In this document: in pieces, positions 27,869 through 37,481 of the stretch | Position numbering within the stretch: the stretch's first letter is position 1 | How the letters are laid out: every line of letters begins with the position of its first letter | Source: a virus | Lineage: Duplodnaviria; Caudoviricetes | Direction: 5' to 3' (one strand) | Virus record (IMG/VR): IMGVR_UViG_3300032243_002043 | Location: 1 to 50,805 of that record | Length of the DNA stretch: 50,805 bases | Program-made: the position numbers and the translations under genes | Notes under the pieces: generated by a model | The model's database searches: none | What the model was told of the DNA's origin: nothing | What the model saw: only the letters and a program-made list of their open reading frames with translations

Positions 27869-28877
27869 CCTCAATAAAGAAAATCAATTTTTAAAAAAAA
27901 TATACAATGATATACTCAATGGCTATACTTTAATAGAAAACAATAATAAGAAATATTATTTTAAGCATTTAAACGAAAAAGAGCTCGGCGCAACAAATAA
28001 TGTCTATATAGCGGAATATAACAACGCAAAAAAACAAGGGCTTTTACCTGAAATAGAGAAAATAGAGCTTCTTCAAGAACAAGGGATTTGGACTGAGGAA
28101 GAGGAGAGCGCTTTAAATGAACTAAAAGATGAAATTTCTAATTTAGAAACAACAAAAAGCAAGTTGATCATCAAAAGCCAAATTGAAGATCTAGAAAAAA
28201 AAATAAATTTAAAAAAAGAAAAATATAAAAAAATAATTTCTCAAAGAGAGGAAGCGGTAGGAATGACAGCAGAAGATTTCGCGCTTAAAAAATCCAATGA
28301 ATATATTTTGTATATATCTTTGTATAAAGACAAATTTTTTAAAGAAAAGTTTTTCGAAAATGAAAATGATTTTTGGGAAAAAGACGCGGTTTCATTATTA
28401 GAATTATTCACCTTATATAAAGAATATGCCGAATTTTTTGAAATTTTGAATATAAAAAAAATTTCAGTGGCTCCATTTTTTATGAATATTTTTTTGCTTT
28501 CTGAAGATAATATTTATAATTTCTATGGAAAATCTATAGTAGAATTAACTCAGTATCAAATAGATTTATTTTCTTTGGCTAGAGGTTATAAGAACAACTT
28601 GATAAAAATAGGTCAAAACCCCCCAAATAATTATAAAAACTATAAAGAATTATTGGATTGGTACGAATCAAATACTTCTTTTTCTAATATGAAAAATAAT
28701 AAAAACCAATCAAAGGAAAAGTCGGGACAAACCTATATTGGAGCGACAAAAGAAGAAATAAAAAGAATGGCTCAAATGGATGGAGCATCAAAAACAGTAG
28801 ACTTAGTGTCTGAAGCCGATAAATTGGGAACAAATTTGACTTTTGATCAAATTTTAAAGATACATGGAGAAATTTAA
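27861..28877 (+). CDS. putative second tail assembly chaperone
   Basis: Immediately upstream of the tape measure gene; coiled-coil and charged; GTG start. Confidence 0.5.
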   Translation: MNDLNKENQFLKKIYNDILNGYTLIENNNKKYYFKHLNEKELGATNNVYIAEYNNAKKQGLLPEIEKIELLQEQGIWTEEEESALNELKDEISNLETTKSKLIIKSQIEDLEKKINLKKEKYKKIISQREEAVGMTAEDFALKKSNEYILYISLYKDKFFKEKFFENENDFWEKDAVSLLELFTLYKEYAEFFEILNIKKISVAPFFMNIFLLSEDNIYNFYGKSIVELTQYQIDLFSLARGYKNNLIKIGQNPPNNYKNYKELLDWYESNTSFSNMKNNKNQSKEKSGQTYIGATKEEIKRMAQMDGASKTVDLVSEADKLGTNLTFDQILKIHGEI

Positions 28878-28896
28878 TTAAATTTATATATATTTA

Positions 28897-28920
28897 GTGT
28901 AATTCTATTAAAGGATTAAG
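28897..28920 (+). promoter_or_regulatory. GTGTAAT element with AGGATTAAG leader
   Basis: Intergenic, upstream of the tape measure ATG 28926. Confidence 0.65.
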
Positions 28921-28925
28921 TATAT

Positions 28926-31900
28926 ATGGCGGCAGAAGGTCAAAATGACATTATTCTTAATGTAACAGGAAATACAAGGCAACTCGAAAAAGAAATACAA
29001 AGAGTTGCCAATAATAGTTTGACGTTAAATACAAAAGGCTTTTCTCAGCCGTTAGGAAAAATAACCGGACAGCTTGGCGAATTCGAAAAATCATTGGCCG
29101 CTTCTAATGCTAGAGTTATTGCGTTCGGGGCATCTGCTGGTGCAATTTATGCTTTGCAAAAAGCTTTCGGAGAAACCATAAAAAGCGTAATAGATGTACA
29201 AAAAGCTTTAATAGAAATTAATGCAGTTTTAAATGTAAGCCAGCAAAATTTAAATAAATTTGGTAGCAGTTTATTTGATATAGCAAAAAATACTGGGCAA
29301 ACATTTTCTGAGGTAGCTAGATCAGCCTTAGAATTTTCTAGACAAGGTCTTTCTGTAGAAGAAACTTTAAAAAGAACTAGTGATGCATTAATTTTAACTA
29401 GATTAAGCGGAATGGATGTAGTAGACAGCACAGGAGCTATTACTGCTGCTTTAAACTCTTTCAATCAAACAGCTATAACTTCTACAGATTTAATTAATAA
29501 ATTAGTCGCTGTTGACGCCTCTTTTGCTGTGAGTTCTGCTGATTTAGCTGAGGCAATAAAAAGAGTCGGTAGTTCTGCGCAAGACGTAGGGGTTAATATG
29601 GATCAATTAATTGCAATTGTAACTGCTGCTCAACAAACCACGGCTAGAGGTGGGGCAGTTATAGGAAATAGCTTTAAAACTATTTTTACGCGATTACAAA
29701 GGCCAAAAGTTTTAGACGCCCTAGATGAATTAGGCGTTAAAACTAGAGATGCTGGAGGCAACATGCTTCCATTGATGCAGATATTATCAGATTTATCTGT
29801 TAAATTTGATGGGTTAGCTGGAAGTCAAAGATCTCAAATCGCTGAACTTGTTGGTGGAGTATATCAGATAAATATTCTTAAAGCTGCATTGGGAGATTTA
29901 TCAAAAGAATACTCTGTTTATGGACAAGCTTTGAATATATCATCTCAAGCCACAAATCAGGCTCAACAAAGAAATGATCAGTATAATCAATCTTTATCAG
30001 CGCTATTAAATAAAACTCTTGCTAATTTAACTAAAACTGGTTCAGATATTGGAGGTATCACTGCTTCTCCATTGTTAGAAAAAAGTTTGAACTTATTAAA
30101 TAGTGGCCTTGAGTTTGCGTCTTCAAAAAACGGAGATTATGAAGGAGTTGGTGCTAACATAGGACAAGGAATTGCTAAAGGATTAGCAAATTTTTTAGGC
30201 GGGCCTGGATTACTGTTAGCTTCTGCAGCCGTTATTAAAATTTTTGAAAGACTTACAAAATATTCATACGATGCTTTTAAAAGTTTAAGTGGAATAGGGG
30301 TAAAATCGGTAGAGCAACAACAATTACAAGGGCAAATTTTAAATTTATTGAGTAAAAATCCTGCTATTATAGAGCAAATAAATAAAGGGACTCTTAATAC
30401 TACTACTTTACATAAAGATTTACTTAATTATATTCAAGCAGAAACTATGGCAATGGAAAAACAATTGGCCGTTGCAAATTCATTATCAAAAACATTAATG
30501 CAGTCTGGAGTAAAAATACCTCAAGCCGGAGACTACAAGGGGATGCCGATAAAACAAATGAAATCATTTGGGTTTATACCAAATTTTAATCAAGAAGAAG
30601 CAGAAGTTTTTGGGGCAGCGACTGGAGGTTATAAAGCAGGAAAAGTGAAAACAATGAATATACCTGGAGAGGGAAATGTTATATATAATGGAGCAGAATC
30701 TGTTGTAAAATTCGGAAACCAATCTCAACCCGCAATTATGCCACCAGTAAATAGCAAAGCTGGACAGCAATACAGAAAAGATTTTTTGAATAAAAATGGT
30801 TTTGATCCATATAAAGCTTCTGGATTCATTCCTAATTTTGGAGGAAGAAGTGATTGGTTGGGTCCAAAAGATGCAATAAATCCTAGTATTTTAAGAAAAG
30901 GATTTAAAAGTAGCGCCGAAGAATTAGTATCTAATCAGGGATGGACTAGACTTTCTGGAGGATTAGCCTCAGAAGCGATGACGAATAGATCTCAGAGTAT
31001 ATTAAAATCAAATGGGATGCAAATTGGTGTTTTAAAAAATGATAATGGAGATAGTGTTGTTTTTGTAAAATCTAATACTTTTAATGAAAAGGGAGACTCT
31101 CAAAAAGTTAATAATCTTTTACAAAAAAATTTAGGAGAAAGACAGCAAAATACAGCCACTTCTAGATTAAAAGGAGATAAATTATCCGAGGGAGTTAAAG
31201 ATTTTACTAGCAAATATGTGTTAGTTTATCCAGGTTTTGGAAGTGTATCTAAAAGCGCTTCTTATGGAATAGATGAAAAAACAGGCCAAAAATATTCTTT
31301 CAGTACATACCCTTTCCCAGGACCAAATGATCAATTAAATATTGGAGAAGATGTTTATTCTATGGCAAGAAAAAACATGGTTGATTTAGCTAAAACTTTT
31401 GTTAGTAAATTAGCTACCGACCCTTCATTAGTAAGTAAAGAAAAATTCGAAAGGGGCGTTCAAAGCAATTTAGGAATAGATACCATAGGCGCTTTCGTAG
31501 GTAGCGCGTTTGAGGCAGGATTATTATCTTCGATAAATACTGTTCCAGAATCAAGAACTGAAAATTTTGATTTATCAAAAGAAGAGCTTGAGAAATTAAA
31601 TTCTCGTTTTAAGCAATTAGATTTGTCTAAATATGCAGAAGGAGATTTAAAAAATTCATTATCCGAAGGCAATTTAAATAGTATGGCTAGTAAAATTGGT
31701 AGAAAATCCGGAAGCACAAAATCTTTATCTAGTGAAAAATCTAAATATAAAGGATTTATACCAAATTTTTCAGCTATTCAAGATGCAATTGGCAGGGAAG
31801 AAAACGCTTCTGGAGAAAAAGCTAGAGTTCTTTGGTCTGATACATTAGGAACCCCCGTAGTTGTTAACAATAAACAAACCGCAGAGTATGGAGCGAATGC

Positions 31901-34900
31901 CGATAGAATTATTTACAACGATCACATAAAACAAGGCCAATACTCTTCGTACGATAATTTAATGAAAACTGGAAGCGGTAATGAAAAATACAAAAGTCAT
32001 GGATTCATACCTAATTTTGCTGGTTCTCAAATTGGAGAAAGGTATAGCGGATTATCTAATTCTGATATTAAAGATATTGTTGAAACCAGAAAGTCTGGCC
32101 TATTTAATATTAAAAATTCTGTAGAAAAATTAAAAATAGCTTTAGAAGAAGCTCAAGCTAGTATAATTCAATCAAATGGGGATTTTAAAAGCTTTGATGT
32201 AGCACTTAAAAAAGCAGTACTTAAATTTAATTTAACTTCATCTGAAGCAGATGCGTTAAACTTAAGTTTAAACTCAACTTCTTCTGCCTTAGCTATTGCC
32301 AAAGGAAGAATTGGAAAGTTTTTTGATGATGAAAATGTGAAAGCGATGAAGCAATTCAAGGATAAAGCAATTTTTGCCTCTTTCGGCTTATCTATGTTGG
32401 GCGGTTTCGCTCAATCTCTCGCTGGAGACAACAAGCAGATGAGTGGATTTTTTGGAGATTTAACTCAATCAGTTAGCACAGCAACAACTGTTATGGGCCT
32501 AATTCCTGGGCAAGCTGGTATTTTTGCTGGAATTTTAATTGGCGCAGGAGGAGCCTTAGAGTCTATTTGGCATTTATTTAATGATAAAGCTCCAGATTTA
32601 GAAAAATCTTTAGATTTGATGATCCAATCTTCGACAGAATTTAGTAATTCAACTTCAAAATATTTAGGCACTAGTCAAAAATTAGATGAAGCCATTAAAA
32701 ATAAAGCGTCAGTAAATGATATAGAAAAATTAAATGAAGATTTACTAAGCGCAGCTAATGAACTACCAGCCGCTTATCGAGCTCAATTATTGGCTATAAC
32801 AGACAATACTAAATTGCAAGAAAAAATCAACCAAGTACAAAAAGAATTAAATGATAAAAAAGATAATTTAAAATTTTTGACTGATTCTCAAAAAAATTTA
32901 GATACAGAAAATTCATTACTTGGTAATACATTTGAAGGATTTGTCGCAGGATTAAAATATACCCTTAATAGTAGAAATAGTTTTCAAGATAATCAATTTG
33001 ATAGACAAAACTTAATTTATAATAATGCTGCAAAAATTAATCAAGCAGCATCTGGTATTTTGACTGGAATGCCAGAAGAAAATAGAAAACAATTTTTAAA
33101 AGACATAGGTCAAGAAGAAAATATTAAAAAATATTTTAATATGGATCGAACAGGTTTTACAAATGAATTAACTAAAAAATATAAATTAAATAATGAAACA
33201 AGTTCTTTTTTAGGTAATATAAATGATCAAGAATTTGATAATTTAAGAGCTAAAATAATTGAAATGGGTAGCGATTCGGCTGCTTCAGCAAAATTAATAG
33301 AATCACTTACTGAAGCTAGAAAAGAATATGACAAAACGTTATCTGAAGAAGAAACAAAAATTTTATCTGCAAAACAATCTTTAGAAAAATTTAAAGAGTC
33401 ATTAGCTTCATTCACGGCTCAAGCTGTTAGAAGTGGGTCTTTTGCTAGAGAATACAAAAACCAACAAGACTCAAATAAAAGAAATTTTGAAATTCAAAAA
33501 TTATCAGGAATGTTGGACTACAGCAAGCCTTTCATGACTGAGAGCGCAAGCTCTAAATTAGATTATGAAATAGGTCAACTTAGAAGAAATGAAGACTTTA
33601 TGTCTTCTGCTCAAGAAATACAAAAAACAACCCGTGAGCAAGTTTTAGATATAGGAAATAAAATTATAGAAAATGCTACAAAAAATTCAGATAGTAAAGA
33701 AGGAAGAAAATACGCAGACGAAGCAGCTCAAAATAAATTTAGCATTGCGTTAGCCGAAATCTCGCAAAATAAAAATTTAACAAATCAAGAGCTTGGTCAA
33801 GCTATAAAATCTGCATATCAAGAAGCATTTAAAAATACAATAACTTCTGGAGACGTTAAAGAAATAAATCAAAATATTGATCAATTAATATCTGAGCAAG
33901 GGCAATCTTTGTTGTCATTAAATCAAAAATTAGATATTGGAAATAAAATCGCAGAAGAACAACTAGCCGCAAGCTTAAAGCAGCAAGAATACGATAGGCA
34001 AATCAAATCATTTGGTGGAGCTTCTGGGTTTTTGGACCAGGAAGGGTCAGCAAAAAAACAAGAAGATAGGCTTTTAAATGTTGGAAGATTCAATTATCTT
34101 AAAAACTTTAATTCTTTAGATATAAATTCTAATACAAGAAATTTGCCCATGTCTGATTATATAGAATTAGTTAATCAAACTAACGAAGAATATCAAAAAA
34201 TCGCAGATGAGATGGAAAAACAAGGAAAATCTTTATCAAGTCCAAAAAAACTATATTCTAATTTATTCGCGACAAATCAAGCTAAATATTCTTCTAAATT
34301 ATTAGATCAAGGAGTTGGGATAGGAAGATACGCGTTTCAAGCAGCAATGGATGCAAAAGAAATGATGGGCGGGGTTTCTTCAGATGATGCAACTGGATAC
34401 GAAAGAATGAAAAATTTAGCTATACAAAGCAGGGCTCAGGATATAATGCGCCAATCTAGTCAAATGGCATACGCTTTGCGAGGAGCAGGAATGGGTGAAT
34501 TAGCTACAGTATATGACAAAAGAGCAAGAGGAGACGTGGCAAGAGAGATTGCAAAAAATCAAATTGACGAAGCAATTAATACTGATGATACAGGAAAAAA
34601 CGTAAAAGCAATATTAGAAGAAGTTAAAAAAATAACTTCAACAGAAAATGAATCTGCAAAAAAATCTGGTTTATCTCAAGATTTTGTCTCAGCGATGCAA
34701 AATTTAAATAGAGATTTTACAACTGAAATGCGCAATCTTATATCTCAAATTAAAAATAGTGCCGATTCCCTAGATCAGCAAGAAAAAAGAAGCGGATTAA
34801 TAAAAGAAGCAGCCGGATTAAAATATAAATTAACTACTTCAAGAGAAGACGCAAAAATTTCTCAACAACAAATTGCAGAAAAAACTAATCAATTAAGTTA

Positions 34901-35828
34901 TGCAGGAATAAGCGATCCAACTAAAAAATTTGTATTAGATGAGATAAATTCTGTAATAAATACTCCTGGCGCTAAAATACCAACAATGCAAGAATTATCA
35001 ACAAAAGCTCAAGAAAAAACATCCGAAAATATATTAAATGGAAAATTCTGGGACGCAGAGAGTGGAAGAATAGCAGAAGAGTTGGCGAGAATAGCTAGCC
35101 CAGATAACTCTCAAGACGAACAAGCCACAGCATTAAATGGATTATTAGAGTCTTTTAGGAGATTAGAGACAGATCAATTGAACACTACCAGAGATAGCAG
35201 TAAGCTTAACGAAATAGAGCAAAAAATAAATAACCTGCCTCAATCCTCTATTAATCCTCAAGAATCACCATTAATGCAGCAAAAAATTAATAATCAAGGT
35301 ATTTACCCTAATGCCTTATATCCCACACAAAATTTTAATCAACAATTAGGTCCATATCCGCAAAATAATTTTCCATATTCTAATCAAAATATGCCATATT
35401 TACAACAAAATAATTTAAACGCAAATAATTTAGGAGTAAATTTTGAAGCCTTGACTAATTTATTGCAAAATTTAAGTTCAAATTTAAATACATCAAACTC
35501 CAATCAATCTTCATCAACCCAAGACTTAAATGTAAAGTTTGGTGACAGCGCAAAGGTTGAAGGTCGCGTCGAAATGATTCTAAAATCAGATGGGCCATTT
35601 CAAGTCAAAATAGAGGAAACATCAATAGAAAAAATAGTTAAAAATGTACAAGATCAACTCGATGATAAATTTACTAATATGATAGAAGATTTGAAACAGC
35701 AAATCCAAACTTTAAATTCTTCTATATTCACATTAAAAGGTAATGCTGGATTGCCGCAAAACACCCCAAGAATTATAAATAATTCATATTTAAATAATAA
35801 AAAGCCATTTGAGCGAATAATGGGATAA
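28926..35828 (+). CDS. tape measure protein (TP901-type N-terminal domain) with internal GFIPNF-delimited modules
   Basis: 2300 aa. EFSRQG..AVSSADLAEAIKRVGSSA..IGNSFKTIFTRL core, hydrophobic Gly/Ala segments and long coiled coils. Confidence 0.9.
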   Translation: MAAEGQNDIILNVTGNTRQLEKEIQRVANNSLTLNTKGFSQPLGKITGQLGEFEKSLAASNARVIAFGASAGAIYALQKAFGETIKSVIDVQKALIEINAVLNVSQQNLNKFGSSLFDIAKNTGQTFSEVARSALEFSRQGLSVEETLKRTSDALILTRLSGMDVVDSTGAITAALNSFNQTAITSTDLINKLVAVDASFAVSSADLAEAIKRVGSSAQDVGVNMDQLIAIVTAAQQTTARGGAVIGNSFKTIFTRLQRPKVLDALDELGVKTRDAGGNMLPLMQILSDLSVKFDGLAGSQRSQIAELVGGVYQINILKAALGDLSKEYSVYGQALNISSQATNQAQQRNDQYNQSLSALLNKTLANLTKTGSDIGGITASPLLEKSLNLLNSGLEFASSKNGDYEGVGANIGQGIAKGLANFLGGPGLLLASAAVIKIFERLTKYSYDAFKSLSGIGVKSVEQQQLQGQILNLLSKNPAIIEQINKGTLNTTTLHKDLLNYIQAETMAMEKQLAVANSLSKTLMQSGVKIPQAGDYKGMPIKQMKSFGFIPNFNQEEAEVFGAATGGYKAGKVKTMNIPGEGNVIYNGAESVVKFGNQSQPAIMPPVNSKAGQQYRKDFLNKNGFDPYKASGFIPNFGGRSDWLGPKDAINPSILRKGFKSSAEELVSNQGWTRLSGGLASEAMTNRSQSILKSNGMQIGVLKNDNGDSVVFVKSNTFNEKGDSQKVNNLLQKNLGERQQNTATSRLKGDKLSEGVKDFTSKYVLVYPGFGSVSKSASYGIDEKTGQKYSFSTYPFPGPNDQLNIGEDVYSMARKNMVDLAKTFVSKLATDPSLVSKEKFERGVQSNLGIDTIGAFVGSAFEAGLLSSINTVPESRTENFDLSKEELEKLNSRFKQLDLSKYAEGDLKNSLSEGNLNSMASKIGRKSGSTKSLSSEKSKYKGFIPNFSAIQDAIGREENASGEKARVLWSDTLGTPVVVNNKQTAEYGANADRIIYNDHIKQGQYSSYDNLMKTGSGNEKYKSHGFIPNFAGSQIGERYSGLSNSDIKDIVETRKSGLFNIKNSVEKLKIALEEAQASIIQSNGDFKSFDVALKKAVLKFNLTSSEADALNLSLNSTSSALAIAKGRIGKFFDDENVKAMKQFKDKAIFASFGLSMLGGFAQSLAGDNKQMSGFFGDLTQSVSTATTVMGLIPGQAGIFAGILIGAGGALESIWHLFNDKAPDLEKSLDLMIQSSTEFSNSTSKYLGTSQKLDEAIKNKASVNDIEKLNEDLLSAANELPAAYRAQLLAITDNTKLQEKINQVQKELNDKKDNLKFLTDSQKNLDTENSLLGNTFEGFVAGLKYTLNSRNSFQDNQFDRQNLIYNNAAKINQAASGILTGMPEENRKQFLKDIGQEENIKKYFNMDRTGFTNELTKKYKLNNETSSFLGNINDQEFDNLRAKIIEMGSDSAASAKLIESLTEARKEYDKTLSEEETKILSAKQSLEKFKESLASFTAQAVRSGSFAREYKNQQDSNKRNFEIQKLSGMLDYSKPFMTESASSKLDYEIGQLRRNEDFMSSAQEIQKTTREQVLDIGNKIIENATKNSDSKEGRKYADEAAQNKFSIALAEISQNKNLTNQELGQAIKSAYQEAFKNTITSGDVKEINQNIDQLISEQGQSLLSLNQKLDIGNKIAEEQLAASLKQQEYDRQIKSFGGASGFLDQEGSAKKQEDRLLNVGRFNYLKNFNSLDINSNTRNLPMSDYIELVNQTNEEYQKIADEMEKQGKSLSSPKKLYSNLFATNQAKYSSKLLDQGVGIGRYAFQAAMDAKEMMGGVSSDDATGYERMKNLAIQSRAQDIMRQSSQMAYALRGAGMGELATVYDKRARGDVAREIAKNQIDEAINTDDTGKNVKAILEEVKKITSTENESAKKSGLSQDFVSAMQNLNRDFTTEMRNLISQIKNSADSLDQQEKRSGLIKEAAGLKYKLTTSREDAKISQQQIAEKTNQLSYAGISDPTKKFVLDEINSVINTPGAKIPTMQELSTKAQEKTSENILNGKFWDAESGRIAEELARIASPDNSQDEQATALNGLLESFRRLETDQLNTTRDSSKLNEIEQKINNLPQSSINPQESPLMQQKINNQGIYPNALYPTQNFNQQLGPYPQNNFPYSNQNMPYLQQNNLNANNLGVNFEALTNLLQNLSSNLNTSNSNQSSSTQDLNVKFGDSAKVEGRVEMILKSDGPFQVKIEETSIEKIVKNVQDQLDDKFTNMIEDLKQQIQTLNSSIFTLKGNAGLPQNTPRIINNSYLNNKKPFERIMG

Positions 35829-35837
35829 TAAAATATT

Positions 35838-37481
35838 ATGCCATATTCTTTTAATGACGCAAGTTTGTTAAGCTATTCTCTTAAAAAGAAATATGTTGGA
35901 GAAGGCGAGGCCTTAATTAATGCAACAAAATCTTTGGTTTTAAAAGGTTTTATAGATAATACTTTTTTAAATTTAGATAATGATGGAGTTAAAGAAAATT
36001 TTAACAAAATAAATGAATTGTTGTCTGTTAATTCTGGTCAATTAGAGGCAATAATAATTAACGGAATCAATTTTGGTACAGGCAAAGTAATTTCCGCTAA
36101 ATTTCCTAAAGAAAATCCCATAAGATTCGGTGAATATGAATACGAAATAGAGATTTATGATAAAAACGATTTCTCTTTTTTAAGCGGAGATAAGTATGGA
36201 AGCTATTTGCCGTCTTACTCTGGGATTTTAGATGATCTTTCAGAGCAGATAAATTTTAGTTATAATAATGGAAAATATTCGTATGATCATGATTTATCAA
36301 TACAATTCAAAGAATCGGATATTGACTATTCAAATTCAGCCAAAAATTTTGCTTCTGGAGTTTTTTCCGATAACGTTATTTTAGGGTTATGCGGCAAATT
36401 TTCTGGATATTTTAATAATTTAAAAAATAAAAAATCAAAATTTAAAGAAACATATGATGATATAAATCTCAAGTACTCATTCAATAAAAAAATTGAAATT
36501 GACCAAAATTATTCTGGGGACAATTTTAGCAAAAGCTATAATTATGCGTTGTCTTTTGATAATTTAGGGAAAATATCAATAATTGAAAAAGGCGAAATTT
36601 ATTCATTGAGTGCAGGAGGCATTTTTGATGCTTCTGGAATTTTAGAAAATGAAATAGCCGCTAGCAATTTAAGATGCAATAATATTTATAATTCATATAT
36701 ATCTAATTCTGCAGGGTTGTTAGGCTCGCCAGATACATTGTATACAAAACCAGTATCAATAAATAGAATTTTTGAAAAAGATAAAAACTATTGCTCTTAT
36801 TCGGTCCAGTATATAAATGATCCTAGATATAATAATAATTTATTAGTTACCAAAACTTCAGAATATGGATTCGTTAGTCCTGGAGTAAATAACGGAACAA
36901 ATAATTTAGATATAGTAAAAATCGGTGGGCCAAATTCTTTTACCAATCAGGACTACTTAAATATAAAAAGTATAGTTAATGATTTTACCGGAGGTTTGTC
37001 AAAAATAAAAAATTATTCATTTAATTTCGTCAAAAATAATAACTTTAGCGGAAATTCTTTTCAATTTTCATTTGTCACTACTACAGATCCAGATTTCACT
37101 CCAAAGGACAAAGACTTTATATATTTAAAAGTAGAAAAAAATTTAATTAAAAAACCAAATATGTTTAACGAATACCAAATACCTAACCATAAAGACATGC
37201 TGATACTAGATGGAAAGCAAAAAAATATATCAGAACAGAATATAACAATCAATGGAGTTATAAAAAGAGTAAATAGCGCATCTCCATATATTCTACCAAA
37301 TTCAAGAATTAAAGAAGAATTAATAAAAATTGGATTAGATGGAATATCAAAAGACGCCTGTATCGAGCCCGTGACATTAAAATATAATTCAAATTATCAA
37401 ATTTCAGCAAGTATAAAAGTTTTAACGCTAGAATTGCCTAATGGATTACTTGGGTCAAATTCAAATATACAAATAATATGA
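35838..37481 (+). CDS. tail-tip/distal tail protein, paralog A
   Basis: Follows the TMP, beta-rich, motifs shared with the next gene. Confidence 0.55.
   Translation: MPYSFNDASLLSYSLKKKYVGEGEALINATKSLVLKGFIDNTFLNLDNDGVKENFNKINELLSVNSGQLEAIIINGINFGTGKVISAKFPKENPIRFGEYEYEIEIYDKNDFSFLSGDKYGSYLPSYSGILDDLSEQINFSYNNGKYSYDHDLSIQFKESDIDYSNSAKNFASGVFSDNVILGLCGKFSGYFNNLKNKKSKFKETYDDINLKYSFNKKIEIDQNYSGDNFSKSYNYALSFDNLGKISIIEKGEIYSLSAGGIFDASGILENEIAASNLRCNNIYNSYISNSAGLLGSPDTLYTKPVSINRIFEKDKNYCSYSVQYINDPRYNNNLLVTKTSEYGFVSPGVNNGTNNLDIVKIGGPNSFTNQDYLNIKSIVNDFTGGLSKIKNYSFNFVKNNNFSGNSFQFSFVTTTDPDFTPKDKDFIYLKVEKNLIKKPNMFNEYQIPNHKDMLILDGKQKNISEQNITINGVIKRVNSASPYILPNSRIKEELIKIGLDGISKDACIEPVTLKYNSNYQISASIKVLTLELPNGLLGSNSNIQII

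Noticed and set aside
27820-27870. Programmed -1 frameshift joining the two tail chaperone genes (lambda G/GT type)
   Set aside because: The second ORF is in the +1 frame, has an in-frame TAA at 27855 just before its GTG, and no XXXYYYZ heptamer is correctly phased.
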